The translations under genes were made by a program, and so were the position numbers. The notes under the pieces were generated by a model. That model had not been told where the DNA came from and made no database searches. It saw only the letters and a list, made by a program, of their open reading frames with translations. A DNA stretch of 64,000 nt from contig JBBTCT010000018.1 in NCBI GenBank assembly GCA_038060895.1, positions 1-64,000 of the forward strand, given 5' to 3'. The first letter of the stretch is position 1; each line of letters opens with the position of its first letter. The stretch is from Planctomycetota bacterium. Its GTDB lineage: Bacteria; Planctomycetota; MHYJ01; WSZJ01. Positions 34,115 to 43,111 of the stretch are shown here, in pieces.

Positions 34115-35703
34115 TCACCTCGCACAATCCAGTTTCGGATCAGGTTCGCGCCGGCCTGCGGGTTCCTGCGCATCAGATCGGTCACTTTTTCCTGAAGGCG
34201 GGCGCTCCGGAGATCGGCCGCCGCCGTCGCCGGGTCGAGCGAAGGTCCTTCCGGCGGGATCGCGAGCTCGGCGCGGACGCGTTCAATCTCCGCGAGAACG
34301 TCCCGCGGGGCCGAAGCGCGCACGATGCGCCAGATGAAGAAGAGACCTGCCAGGACGAGCAGGACCAGCACGGCCTTTTCGCCGTACCGGGTCGCGATGT
34401 CGCGCCACTCGCTCGCGGCGATCGGCGCCACGACGGCCACGGGCTCCGGAAACGTCACCGGGTGCATCTTGATCTGCGCCGCCTCGACACTGCACGCCCG
34501 CGCTACCAGAAGCGTCCAGTCGCGCAGGTTGTTGGCGATGTTCTCCTGCGTCGCTTCGGCCGAGGCCGGCTTCGAACCGTCCGCTCCGAGCGACGCTTCG
34601 GCGTAGGGAACCACCACGGCCAGCGTCACTCCCTTGATCTTGCCGGGAGGCGTCACCGTGTGCGTCTTCTCCGATCCGAACACGTTGTCGAACTCTCGGC
34701 GCGAAGTGGTCTCGTTTCCAGCAACCGTTTCCGGCGAGCCGGGGACCGCGGTGCCGGGTTCGGCGAGGCCGCCGGGTTCGAGGGCGGAAGCGACTCCCGG
34801 GATGCCGCCCACGGCCGACGAGGGCTTTTCAGTCGTCTCCGAGACGCGAAGGGCGGACTCAGGCGCGAGGGCCTTGTTGGTCTCCTTCTCGACGCTTTCC
34901 ATGTCGAGTTCGACCGCCGCCTGCACCGACACCTTCGAGAGGAACGACAGCGCGTCCTTCGCCTTCTTCGCCGCGAACTCCTCGTGTTCCTTCTTGAGCT
35001 GAAGCGCCGTCCCCGCCAGCACGTGCGGCTGCCGCGGATCGGGGACCTCGTACGAGTTCATCGCCGTGTCCGTGATGATCACCGCTTCCGGCGCCAGGTT
35101 CGGGATGCTCGCCGCCACCATCTCGGCGATCGCCCGGCCGTTCACGTCCCCGGGCGTCCGGCCACGCTTCAGCTTGAGATGCACGCTCGCCTTCGCCGGC
35201 CGCGCGTTGATCGTCGTCTCCGGGTCTTCCCCCGGTGCGATCTGCACCGCGGCCGCTTCGACGGCGTCCATGGAAGCGATCGCGCCTTCGAGCCTGCGGC
35301 GAAGGGTGTCCGTCCACTGCAGCCGCTGGCGCGCTTCGGTCGTGGTCCACACGTCCTGCGTCCAGAGCCACTCGAACTGGTTCTTGCCCTGGGGGAGGAT
35401 GCCGTCGCCGTAGAGCTGGACGAAGAGCTCGTCGCGCTTTTCCGGGGGCACCATGACGATGCCGTTCTCCAGCTTATACGGGACGGCTTTGGCTTTGAGG
35501 GACTCGAGCACGGCCGCGGTCACGTCGGCGGGCGAACCGGCGGGCGTCAGGGGCACCATCGACCGTCCGGGCGCGGCCGCGAAGATCAGGAAGAAGGCGG
35601 CGACGACAACGAGCGCGAGCAGCGCGAGCGAGACGCGCTGGGCACCGGAGAGTTTCGCGAGGAACTCCTGGACCCGTTTGAGCTGCTCTCGAAGAACGTC
35701 CAT
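34111..35703 (-). CDS. fliF: Flagellar MS-ring protein FliF
   Basis: Two TMs, AKASVHLKL, IAEMVAASIPNL, C-terminal NPQAGANLIRNW; between fliE and fliG. Confidence 0.9.
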   Translation of the reverse strand: MDVLREQLKRVQEFLAKLSGAQRVSLALLALVVVAAFFLIFAAAPGRSMVPLTPAGSPADVTAAVLESLKAKAVPYKLENGIVMVPPEKRDELFVQLYGDGILPQGKNQFEWLWTQDVWTTTEARQRLQWTDTLRRRLEGAIASMDAVEAAAVQIAPGEDPETTINARPAKASVHLKLKRGRTPGDVNGRAIAEMVAASIPNLAPEAVIITDTAMNSYEVPDPRQPHVLAGTALQLKKEHEEFAAKKAKDALSFLSKVSVQAAVELDMESVEKETNKALAPESALRVSETTEKPSSAVGGIPGVASALEPGGLAEPGTAVPGSPETVAGNETTSRREFDNVFGSEKTHTVTPPGKIKGVTLAVVVPYAEASLGADGSKPASAEATQENIANNLRDWTLLVARACSVEAAQIKMHPVTFPEPVAVVAPIAASEWRDIATRYGEKAVLVLLVLAGLFFIWRIVRASAPRDVLAEIERVRAELAIPPEGPSLDPATAAADLRSARLQEKVTDLMRRNPQAGANLIRNWIVRGE

Positions 35704-35749
35704 GGCTGCTCCGTGTTAGGAGGGTGGCTTGTGCGGCTTTTTGAATCTT

Positions 35750-35836
35750 GGGTCTAAGGTCGAAGGTCGAAAGTCGAAGGGAACTGCCTCGAATTACGCT
35801 GATTTCCTTCGACCTTCGACCTTTGACATTCGACCC
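35750..35836. repeat. TCKAAGG heptamer palindrome (family T, copy 2) between fliE and fliF
   Basis: TCTAAGG TCGAAGG TCGAAAG TCGAAGG, 25-nt spacer, CCTTCGA CCTTCGA CCTTTGA CATTCGA. Confidence 0.88.
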
Positions 35837-35854
35837 TTCCCGGAAACGGTGTTC

Positions 35855-36157
35855 CTAGATCCGCATCCGCTGGATTTCCTCGTACGCATCAACAAGCTTG
35901 TTCCTGATCTGCATCAGCGCTTCGAACGCCAGCTCGGCCTTGCGGACTGCGGTGAAGACGCCCGCCACGTCATCCGTCTTTCCCGTCGCGAGCGCGGCCT
36001 GCGCCGAGTCCGCTTCCTTCTGGAGCGCGTTGACCTTCTCCATCGATTCCTTCAGGACGTCCTTGAACGCCTTCTCGGGAGCTTCCGCCTGCCCGGCCAG
36101 CTTCGGCCCCTCGGGTCGGATCGGCTGCGGCCCGATCGGCAGAATGAAATCGCTCAT
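35855..36157 (-). CDS. fliE: Flagellar hook-basal body protein FliE
   Basis: FKDVL, VNALQ, QIRNKLVDAYEEIQRM. Confidence 0.95.
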   Translation of the reverse strand: MSDFILPIGPQPIRPEGPKLAGQAEAPEKAFKDVLKESMEKVNALQKEADSAQAALATGKTDDVAGVFTAVRKAELAFEALMQIRNKLVDAYEEIQRMRI

Positions 36158-36558
36158 GCGAGGATCCTCAGGGCCGCGTTGAACAGACCCTTGGTGGCGT
36201 CCATCGCGGTGACGTTGAGTTCGTAGGCCCGGGTCGCGTCCATGAGATTGACCATCTCGACGACCGGGTTGACGTTGGGCATCTGCACGAAGCCTTCTGA
36301 GTTCGCGTCCGGGTGGCCCGGGTCGTGTTCCATCCGGAAAGGAGAAGAGTCGTTGACGATCCTCTCGACGTGCACGCCTGCGACTCCTGGCTGTCCCTTG
36401 GCGCCGACGCGGAATACCACGTCCTGCCGGCGATAGGGACTCACGCGGCCGTGCGCATCGCGCGTCGTGTGGGCGTTCGCGAGGTTGTTCGCGATGACTT
36501 CCGTGCGCATCCGCTGGGCGACGAGCGCGCTGGCCGAAACGTCGAGGGCGTTGAGCAT
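36154..36558 (-). CDS. flgC: Flagellar basal-body rod protein FlgC
   Basis: AQRMRTEVIANNLANA.TTR, PYRR, HDPGHPDA, PNVN...EMVN. Confidence 0.95.
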   Translation of the reverse strand: MLNALDVSASALVAQRMRTEVIANNLANAHTTRDAHGRVSPYRRQDVVFRVGAKGQPGVAGVHVERIVNDSSPFRMEHDPGHPDANSEGFVQMPNVNPVVEMVNLMDATRAYELNVTAMDATKGLFNAALRILA

Positions 36559-36561
36559 GGT

Positions 36562-36990
36562 TTAGGGGCGCTCCCTGATGGCGGACTCGATGAGGTCGAA
36601 CTGCCGCGACAGCAGCTGCGTCAGCGCGGTGTAGAAGGCCGCGTTCTTCGCCATCTTCGCGGCCTCGACTTCTGCAACGACGTCGTTGCCGTCATGTCCG
36701 GGGATGCCCCCCGTGGGGATCGGCGACAGCGTGCGGAGGATGGAGAAATCGCTGCCGGAAGCGAACGCCGGCTGCGCCGGCATGCCGCCGAGCACGACGG
36801 GCTGGGTCGCGCGACCGGCGTCGGTCGCCCTGCGAAGCGCCGCCTGGAACTCATCGACCGGGAGGTCCTGCCCCCGGAATCCCGGCGTGCTCGCATTCGC
36901 GATGTTGTTGAGGATCACTTCATGGCGCTTCCACGAGAAGGCAAGGGCCGACTCGAGGGTGGGAATGGCGCCGGCGCTCGTGACGTCCAT
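36562..36990 (-). CDS. flgB: Flagellar basal-body rod protein FlgB
   Basis: RHEVILNNIANASTPGF, DGNDV..EVE; first gene of the cluster. Confidence 0.93.
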   Translation of the reverse strand: MDVTSAGAIPTLESALAFSWKRHEVILNNIANASTPGFRGQDLPVDEFQAALRRATDAGRATQPVVLGGMPAQPAFASGSDFSILRTLSPIPTGGIPGHDGNDVVAEVEAAKMAKNAAFYTALTQLLSRQFDLIESAIRERP

Positions 36991-37044
36991 CTTTCCTGTT
37001 TCCTCAACGTGGGCGGTGTCTAGACGGATTCCCGACCCAAAGAA

Positions 37045-37060
37045 AGCAAACCCGGGGCCG
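37045..37060 (-). promoter_or_regulatory. Sigma54 (-24/-12) promoter of flgB
   Basis: CGGCCCCGGGTTTGCT = GG-N10-GC with TTGC, about 55 nt upstream of flgB. Confidence 0.65.
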
Positions 37061-37088
37061 GGGGGGTGGTATTCCTGGACTCGCTTCA

Positions 37089-37191
37089 ACTTCTTTAAGA
37101 ACAAGTACTTACAGATGAAGCGTCTGGACTGCCACCCGGCGGGGGTTTCCCTGCTTCTAGTTTCGGCAAGAACCGCCGGCGAAATTTGCCG
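37089..37191. promoter_or_regulatory. IHF-like site and tandem palindromic enhancer boxes for a sigma54 activator
   Basis: AT-rich AACAAGTACTTA at 37100-37111; CGGCAAGAACCGCCG (37164-78) and CGGCGAAATTTGCCG (37177-91). Confidence 0.5.
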
Positions 37192-37304
37192 GAATCCCGC
37201 GGGAAAGGTTCGTCATTCGGCCTCCCATCGAATGCCGAACTCTGCTCGCGAGAGTGGCCGCACTTCGGGGGTCCGAGTCTCACAGGGCTATACTCGCGGG
37301 CCAG

Positions 37305-40300
37305 ATGTCGGACATTCCCCGAACCTTGACCACCCGCGATCGCGCTCTGGCCGAGCTGGTCCGCTTGCGCGGGTGGGCCGATGAAGCCGCGATCCAGCGC
37401 GCGATCCAGGAAGCGTCGAGCGCCGCCGGGGCGCGCGACCTGGGCGCCATCCTTGCGGCTTCGGGCGTCCTCACTCCGAACCAACTCCGGGAACTCGAAG
37501 CCGCGATGGACGGCCGACCCTCCGGCGCCCAGGGCTCCGGATCCTCCTCCGCGCTGGACCGCACCGTGGCGAAATCCGACGCCGGCGTGACCATCGCCGC
37601 CGCTTCCGGCCGGAAGGTCGGCGATACCGTGGGGCCCTATCGCATTCTGCGCGAGCTCGGCCGCGGCGGGATGGGCGTCGTCTACCGCGCGCTCCAGCCT
37701 GAGTTGCGCCGGGAGGTCGCCCTCAAAGTCATGCTCTCCGGCGGCGACGAAAGCAGCTCTGACGTCGAGCGCTTTCGCCGCGAGGCCGCCGTCGTCGCCA
37801 GGATGGGCCGTCACCCGAGCCTCGTCCAGATCCACGACATCGGCCGCGACGGCGAGCGGCTCTATTTCACGATGGACTTCATCGAAGGGCGGTCACTGAA
37901 ACAGAGGATTGCCGAAGAAGGGCCGCTCTCCGGACGCGAGGCCGCGCGGATTGCCGCCGATCTTGCCTCCGCGCTCGCCTTTTCCCACGCGGCTGGCGTC
38001 GTGCATCGCGACGTGAAGCCGGCGAACGTGCTGATGGACCGCGAAGAGCGGGCTTTCCTCGGCGATTTCGGACTGGCGCGCGACCTGTCGAGCAGCGTCG
38101 CGCTCACGCAGAGCGGCGCGCCGATCGGGACGCCGGCTTACATGAGCCCGGAGCAGGCTGAAGGCCGGGCTTCGCGCATCACGCCGCTGTCCGACGTCTA
38201 CTCCCTAGGCGCGACCCTCTACGAGATGCTCACCGGCCGCCCGCCGTTCGACGGCGAGTCGCAGATGGACATCATCCGGCAGGTCCTCGAGAGGGACCCC
38301 GTCCCGCCGCGTTCGCTTCGTCCGGAGATTCATCGCGATCTCGACGTCATCTGCCTGAAGGCGATGCACAAGGTACCCGCCCGGCGATACGAGTCGGCGG
38401 CCGCGCTTGAGGCAGACCTGCGCCGCTTCCTGAACAACGACCCGATCCTCGCGCGCCCTCCCGGTTTTGGGGAAAAGCTCGTTTCGCGCGCCCGCCGCCA
38501 CCGCGTCGCGCTGGCCGCCGCGGCTTGCGTTCTCTTCGCCGGTGCAGGATTCGGCGGGTGGGCCGCATGGCGGGTGAAGAAGCGCGACGACGCCGAGAGC
38601 GACCGCGCCCGGACTCAGCGAGCGAAACAGGATGAGTACGCCCGGCGACAAAGCGAGGTGACGCCCCTGCTCATCGAGGGGAAAGACCTCATGACCCGCT
38701 GGGACGACGCGCGAAAGGTCGGCGATTGGCGCGGCCGCAACCGCTTCGCCGCCGCCGCGATCGCGACCCTGACCAGGGCCGCGGAGATCTTCCCCGAAGG
38801 CGCCGAAGTCCATTTCCAGCTCGGGATGGCCCTTCGCCGCGGGGGGTGGCATGAGAAGGCCCTCGCCTCCCTCGAGCGTGCCGTCTCCATCGACCCGCTT
38901 CATACCCTGGCCTGGTTCGAACATGGAGACATCACGGAGAGCCGCCTCCGCGAAGTTCGCGGCTCCCTGGTGCGAACCGGGATCGTCGCGATCCAGGGAA
39001 GCCAGGGATTCGTCCCCACCGGCATGAACAGGACGTTGATGTTCAGGAAAGAGGCCGGCGAGGGAGATGCCCCGCGCCTGCTTGAAACGGCGAAACGGGA
39101 CTTCCGCCGGACCCTCGAAACGGGCGCCGGCGCCGAACGGGCCGCCTACGGCCGCGCGATGCTCGCGTTCTACGCGGATCGCTTCGACGAGGCCCTCCGT
39201 GAGCTCGACGCCGCACTCGCCGCCAATCCCTACTTCACCGATGCGCTCGAAGCGCGCGCGTCGATCCTCGAGTTCTCGACGCGCGACATGGCGCGCGGGA
39301 TCGCCGACCGGGAAGCGATCCACCGCCTGGAACCCTACAACCCCTGGTATACGAACGAGCTCGCACTTTCTTTTCAGATGGCCGGCCGGGACAAGGAAGC
39401 GCTGGCGCTGGTCGCCGAGGCGGTCCTCAACTGCGACCACCCCGACGTCCTGACACGCGGCGCCTCGATCCGCTTCTCATCCGGCGACTACGATGGATGC
39501 CTGGAACTGGCGAAGCGCGCGCTGGCGACGAGGGAGGGAAGCCGTGCCGGCCGGGCCGATGCGGCGATCTACGTTCCCTACGTGGCGATGATGAGGCGCG
39601 AATTCGACGCCGCGCTTCGCGGGGTGGACGAGCTGGAGGGCGACCTGGGGCCCGATTTCGCGGGCGCGATGCGGGGGGAGATCCAGATGGCCCGCGGGGA
39701 CATGGGCGCTTCGGCCCGGGCGTTCCGAGGCATCACGCCGGGAAGCTATGTCGAGCAGGTCGAGTCGCTCGGGGCCGCCTTCGCAGAGTGGTGGTGCGGC
39801 AATCTCGATCGCGCGCGTCCCCTCTCCGAGACCGCCGTCCGGATGCGCGTCCTCCCGGCGGCGCCCGTCATCCGGGGAATCGTGCGAATGGACCAGGGCG
39901 ATCTTGCCGGCGCCCTCGGAGATTTCGAGACCGTCCGCCGCGACGAGCCGGCGCTCAACGTCAACTACTCAAACCTCGCCGGCGCACGCTTCCTGACGGG
40001 CGACTACACGGGCGCGATCACGGCGCTCGAAGAGGCCGTTTCGACGACGCTGACGTCGCCGGAGCAGAAGGAGGCCGTGAAGCGGTTTTTCGAGCCGCTG
40101 GCGAAACGCGCGGGCGCGGCGAAGTCACCGGCGGAGGCGGCGAAGGTCGTGGAAGGGATCGCGGGACTCCTCGTACTCGCGGGCGCCCAGGCGACCGACG
40201 AGACGATGCGCGCCGGGGTTCGTGAGGCGCAGCGCGGCGTGTTCTACATCCTGCAGGCGTTTTACATTCACCACGAAATGTGGAAGGAAGCGATCGGGGC

Positions 40301-40520
40301 AGGTGAGCGGATCGGGAGAATCACGAAGAGCGGAAGCGCGATGTACAAAGACGCCGTCGCCCGGGCGCGGGGAGGCCGGAAGCCGGAATCGGTGCTGAAG
40401 TCCCTGGAATCCGCCCTGGAGGCTGGCTTCGATGACGGAAAGCGGGTTGACGGCGAGAAGGCCTTCGATGCCCTGAGAAACGACGACGCCTTCAAAATCC
40501 TGCGCTCCCGCTGCCGGTAG
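37305..40520 (+). CDS. Hanks-type Ser/Thr protein kinase with TM and TPR repeats
   Basis: LGRGGMGVVY, VALK, HRDVKPAN, DFGLA, GTPAYMSPEQ, SDVYSLG; TM segment followed by TPR helices. Confidence 0.93.
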   Translation: MSDIPRTLTTRDRALAELVRLRGWADEAAIQRAIQEASSAAGARDLGAILAASGVLTPNQLRELEAAMDGRPSGAQGSGSSSALDRTVAKSDAGVTIAAASGRKVGDTVGPYRILRELGRGGMGVVYRALQPELRREVALKVMLSGGDESSSDVERFRREAAVVARMGRHPSLVQIHDIGRDGERLYFTMDFIEGRSLKQRIAEEGPLSGREAARIAADLASALAFSHAAGVVHRDVKPANVLMDREERAFLGDFGLARDLSSSVALTQSGAPIGTPAYMSPEQAEGRASRITPLSDVYSLGATLYEMLTGRPPFDGESQMDIIRQVLERDPVPPRSLRPEIHRDLDVICLKAMHKVPARRYESAAALEADLRRFLNNDPILARPPGFGEKLVSRARRHRVALAAAACVLFAGAGFGGWAAWRVKKRDDAESDRARTQRAKQDEYARRQSEVTPLLIEGKDLMTRWDDARKVGDWRGRNRFAAAAIATLTRAAEIFPEGAEVHFQLGMALRRGGWHEKALASLERAVSIDPLHTLAWFEHGDITESRLREVRGSLVRTGIVAIQGSQGFVPTGMNRTLMFRKEAGEGDAPRLLETAKRDFRRTLETGAGAERAAYGRAMLAFYADRFDEALRELDAALAANPYFTDALEARASILEFSTRDMARGIADREAIHRLEPYNPWYTNELALSFQMAGRDKEALALVAEAVLNCDHPDVLTRGASIRFSSGDYDGCLELAKRALATREGSRAGRADAAIYVPYVAMMRREFDAALRGVDELEGDLGPDFAGAMRGEIQMARGDMGASARAFRGITPGSYVEQVESLGAAFAEWWCGNLDRARPLSETAVRMRVLPAAPVIRGIVRMDQGDLAGALGDFETVRRDEPALNVNYSNLAGARFLTGDYTGAITALEEAVSTTLTSPEQKEAVKRFFEPLAKRAGAAKSPAEAAKVVEGIAGLLVLAGAQATDETMRAGVREAQRGVFYILQAFYIHHEMWKEAIGAGERIGRITKSGSAMYKDAVARARGGRKPESVLKSLESALEAGFDDGKRVDGEKAFDALRNDDAFKILRSRCR

Positions 40521-41834
40521 CTAAAGACCCCACTTCTTGATCTTGTCGCGCAACGTGCGCTCTGCAATCTGCAACGCGGCGGAGGTCCGCTGGCGATTGC
40601 CGCCGTGCGATTGGAGCGCCGCCGCGATGGCGCGCTTCTCGATTTCCTCCATGGTCAGTCCTTCGAATGCCGAAACGGGCGCCGGCGATGCGGCCGAGGC
40701 GGACGCCGGCGCGATGAGCCACGGCGCGATATCGGCGGCGCGGATCGTGTCCGCGGCGACGAGGACGCAGGCGCGTTCGAGGATATTGAAGAGCTCGCGG
40801 ATGTTGCCGGGCCAGCGGTAGTGACGCAGCGCGTCAACAGCATCGGCCGCCAGTTTTTTCCGGCCGCGCAGGAAGTGTGCGCAGAGCGCCTCCAGGTCGT
40901 CGAGCCGCTCGCGCAGCGGGGATACTTTCACCGGCACGACGTTGAGGCGGAAAAAGAGATCTTCGCGGAAGCGGCCCTTTTCGATTTCAGCGCGCAGATC
41001 GCGATTCGTGGTCGCGAGGACGCGGACGTCGGCGCGGCGGGCGATCGAGGAGCCGACGCGCTCAAACACGCGCTCCTGCAGGACGCGCAGCAGTTTCGCC
41101 TGGAGGTTCGTGTCAATCTCGGAGACTTCGTCCAGAAGCAGGGTCCCGCCTTCCGCCAGCTCGAAGCGGCCTTTGCGCTGCCGGTCTGCGCCCGTGAAAG
41201 CCCCCTTCTCGTGCCCGAACAGTTCGCTTTCGAGCAGTCCCGCCGACAGAGCGGCGCAATTCACCGCGAGGAACGGCCCCGCCGCGCGCGCCGAATCGGC
41301 GTGGATCGCGCGCGCCACGACTTCCTTCCCCGACCCCGTCTCCCCCAGGATCAGAACCGTCGCTTCCGTCGCCGCGATCCGCTTCAGTTCCTCCCGCATC
41401 CCCTTCAGCCCCACCAGCGCCGGACGCTCGCCGGCCACCTGCGCCCGCAGCGCCTCGTTTTCGCGCGACAGCCGGCCGTGCTCGAGCGCCCTTTTCGCCA
41501 GCAGCTCGAGTTCCTGCGCCTTGAATGGTTTCTGGATGAAGTGAAAGGCGCCGAGGCGCATGGCCTCCACCGCAGTTTCGATCGTGCCGTAGGCGGTCAT
41601 GACGATGACGGGAATGCCGGGGTGCAGCTTCTGCAACTCCGCCAGCACCTCCAGCCCGCTCATCGGGGCCATCTTGAGGTCGGTGATCGCGAGCTCCGGC
41701 GCCCACCGGCGCGCCTCCTCGATCGCCGCCGGGCCCTCGGAGAACGCCTTCACCTCGTGGCCCCCGCGCGACAGCGCTTCCGTGACCGATTCGCGCATGA
41801 TCGGCGTGTCTTCGATGAGCAGGACGCGGCTCAT
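40521..41834 (-). CDS. Sigma54-dependent response regulator (FleR/FlrC-like; REC-AAA+-Fis HTH)
   Basis: [43 protein letters not shown]-terminal HTH. Confidence 0.92.
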   Translation of the reverse strand: MSRVLLIEDTPIMRESVTEALSRGGHEVKAFSEGPAAIEEARRWAPELAITDLKMAPMSGLEVLAELQKLHPGIPVIVMTAYGTIETAVEAMRLGAFHFIQKPFKAQELELLAKRALEHGRLSRENEALRAQVAGERPALVGLKGMREELKRIAATEATVLILGETGSGKEVVARAIHADSARAAGPFLAVNCAALSAGLLESELFGHEKGAFTGADRQRKGRFELAEGGTLLLDEVSEIDTNLQAKLLRVLQERVFERVGSSIARRADVRVLATTNRDLRAEIEKGRFREDLFFRLNVVPVKVSPLRERLDDLEALCAHFLRGRKKLAADAVDALRHYRWPGNIRELFNILERACVLVAADTIRAADIAPWLIAPASASAASPAPVSAFEGLTMEEIEKRAIAAALQSHGGNRQRTSAALQIAERTLRDKIKKWGL

Positions 41835-42655
41835 GGGGCCTCCGGAAGGTCGATGGTGAAGACGGCGCCGCCGCCGGCGTGGTTCGCGCCGGCAATGGTG
41901 CCGCCGTGAGCCTCGACGATGCGGTGAGCGATGGCAAGCCCGAGACCGGTGCCGCGCGAGCGCGACGTGTAGAACGGCGTGAACATCTTCGGCAGCGCAT
42001 CCGCCGAAATGCCGGGGCCGTTGTCGCGGAGGGTGATGCGGAGGCGGCCCGCGCTGCGGGAAACGGCGACTTCGATGCGGCCGCCCTCGGGGGCGGCCTG
42101 GGAGGCGTTGACGGCGATGTTGGCGAATACGCGCGTGAGAAGGGAAGGGTCGGCATGGAGAGGGAGGGGGCGGGCGAAGCTGCGGACCACCGAGATCTTC
42201 TTTTCGGCCAGCGCGCGCTCGGCAGCGAGAAGCGCGTCTTCGATCACCTCGGCCAGGTCGCAAGCCCGCCGCTGAGGCTGGATGTCGCGCGCGAAATCGA
42301 GCATGTCCTCGACCAGGCGGTCCAGGCCGCGCATGCCGCGCATCATCTTGTCCAGCGTGACGCGCGCTTCGCCGCCCGCCGGCAGATCCTCCTCGAGGAT
42401 CGAAGCCCACATCTGGATTCCGCCCAGGGGATTGCGGATTTCGTGGGCAAGGCAGGCCGCCATTTCACCGATCAGGGCGAGGCGGTTCTTGCGCGCAAGT
42501 TCCCGGTTCTTCTCCTCGAGCTCGCGCGTGAGCTCCGCGACGCGCGATTGAAGCGCGTCGTGAGAACCCTTGAGGCGCTCGGACGTCTCGTTGAAGGAGC
42601 GCATGAGCTCCATCAACGCGGCAACATCGGGTTTCTCGGTCAGTTTGTCCGGCAT
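41831..42655 (-). CDS. Cytoplasmic histidine kinase (FleS/FlrB-like, no sensor domain)
   Basis: N-terminal coiled coil, [28 protein letters not shown]. Confidence 0.9.
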   Translation of the reverse strand: MPDKLTEKPDVAALMELMRSFNETSERLKGSHDALQSRVAELTRELEEKNRELARKNRLALIGEMAACLAHEIRNPLGGIQMWASILEEDLPAGGEARVTLDKMMRGMRGLDRLVEDMLDFARDIQPQRRACDLAEVIEDALLAAERALAEKKISVVRSFARPLPLHADPSLLTRVFANIAVNASQAAPEGGRIEVAVSRSAGRLRITLRDNGPGISADALPKMFTPFYTSRSRGTGLGLAIAHRIVEAHGGTIAGANHAGGGAVFTIDLPEAP

Positions 42656-42658
42656 TCT

Positions 42659-43111
42659 CTACTCCGCCCGATCCACAAACCTCGGCGCCGCAGGAGCCAC
42701 GTTCCGGCCATATGCCGCCGCCGCCCGCTTTCCCTCCGCCGCCGCTCGCATCTCCTCCGACACCGTCCCTCGCGCCGCCTCCGCCATGCGCCGCGCTTCT
42801 TCCTCGCTCTTCATCACCGCTTCCAGCACCTTCGCCGTCGCTTCCAGCTCGGCCTCCACCGGCGCCGCCTCGTCGCGAGACAGGCCCCCCCGGATCGCTT
42901 CCCATTCCTCCCGCAACCCCGGCGCCGCCGCGGCCAGCCGCTCCAGCTCGCCCATGACCGCCCGCTTGCGCTCCACCATCTCCGCGAGCCCCGCGGCGTC
43001 CCCGGCAATCAGCGCCCCCTGCTCGCGCGCCAGCTCCGCCAGCCGCTCGTACCACGCGCGCCTCGCCTTCAGGCTCTCCGCCAGCTTCGCCGCCCGCGCC
43101 GCAAAATTCAT
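42659..43111 (-). CDS. FlgN-like helical flagellar chaperone
   Basis: Helical, ends AYG...PRFVDRAE; ATGA-coupled to the upstream gene. Confidence 0.5.
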   Translation of the reverse strand: MNFAARAAKLAESLKARRAWYERLAELAREQGALIAGDAAGLAEMVERKRAVMGELERLAAAAPGLREEWEAIRGGLSRDEAAPVEAELEATAKVLEAVMKSEEEARRMAEAARGTVSEEMRAAAEGKRAAAAYGRNVAPAAPRFVDRAE

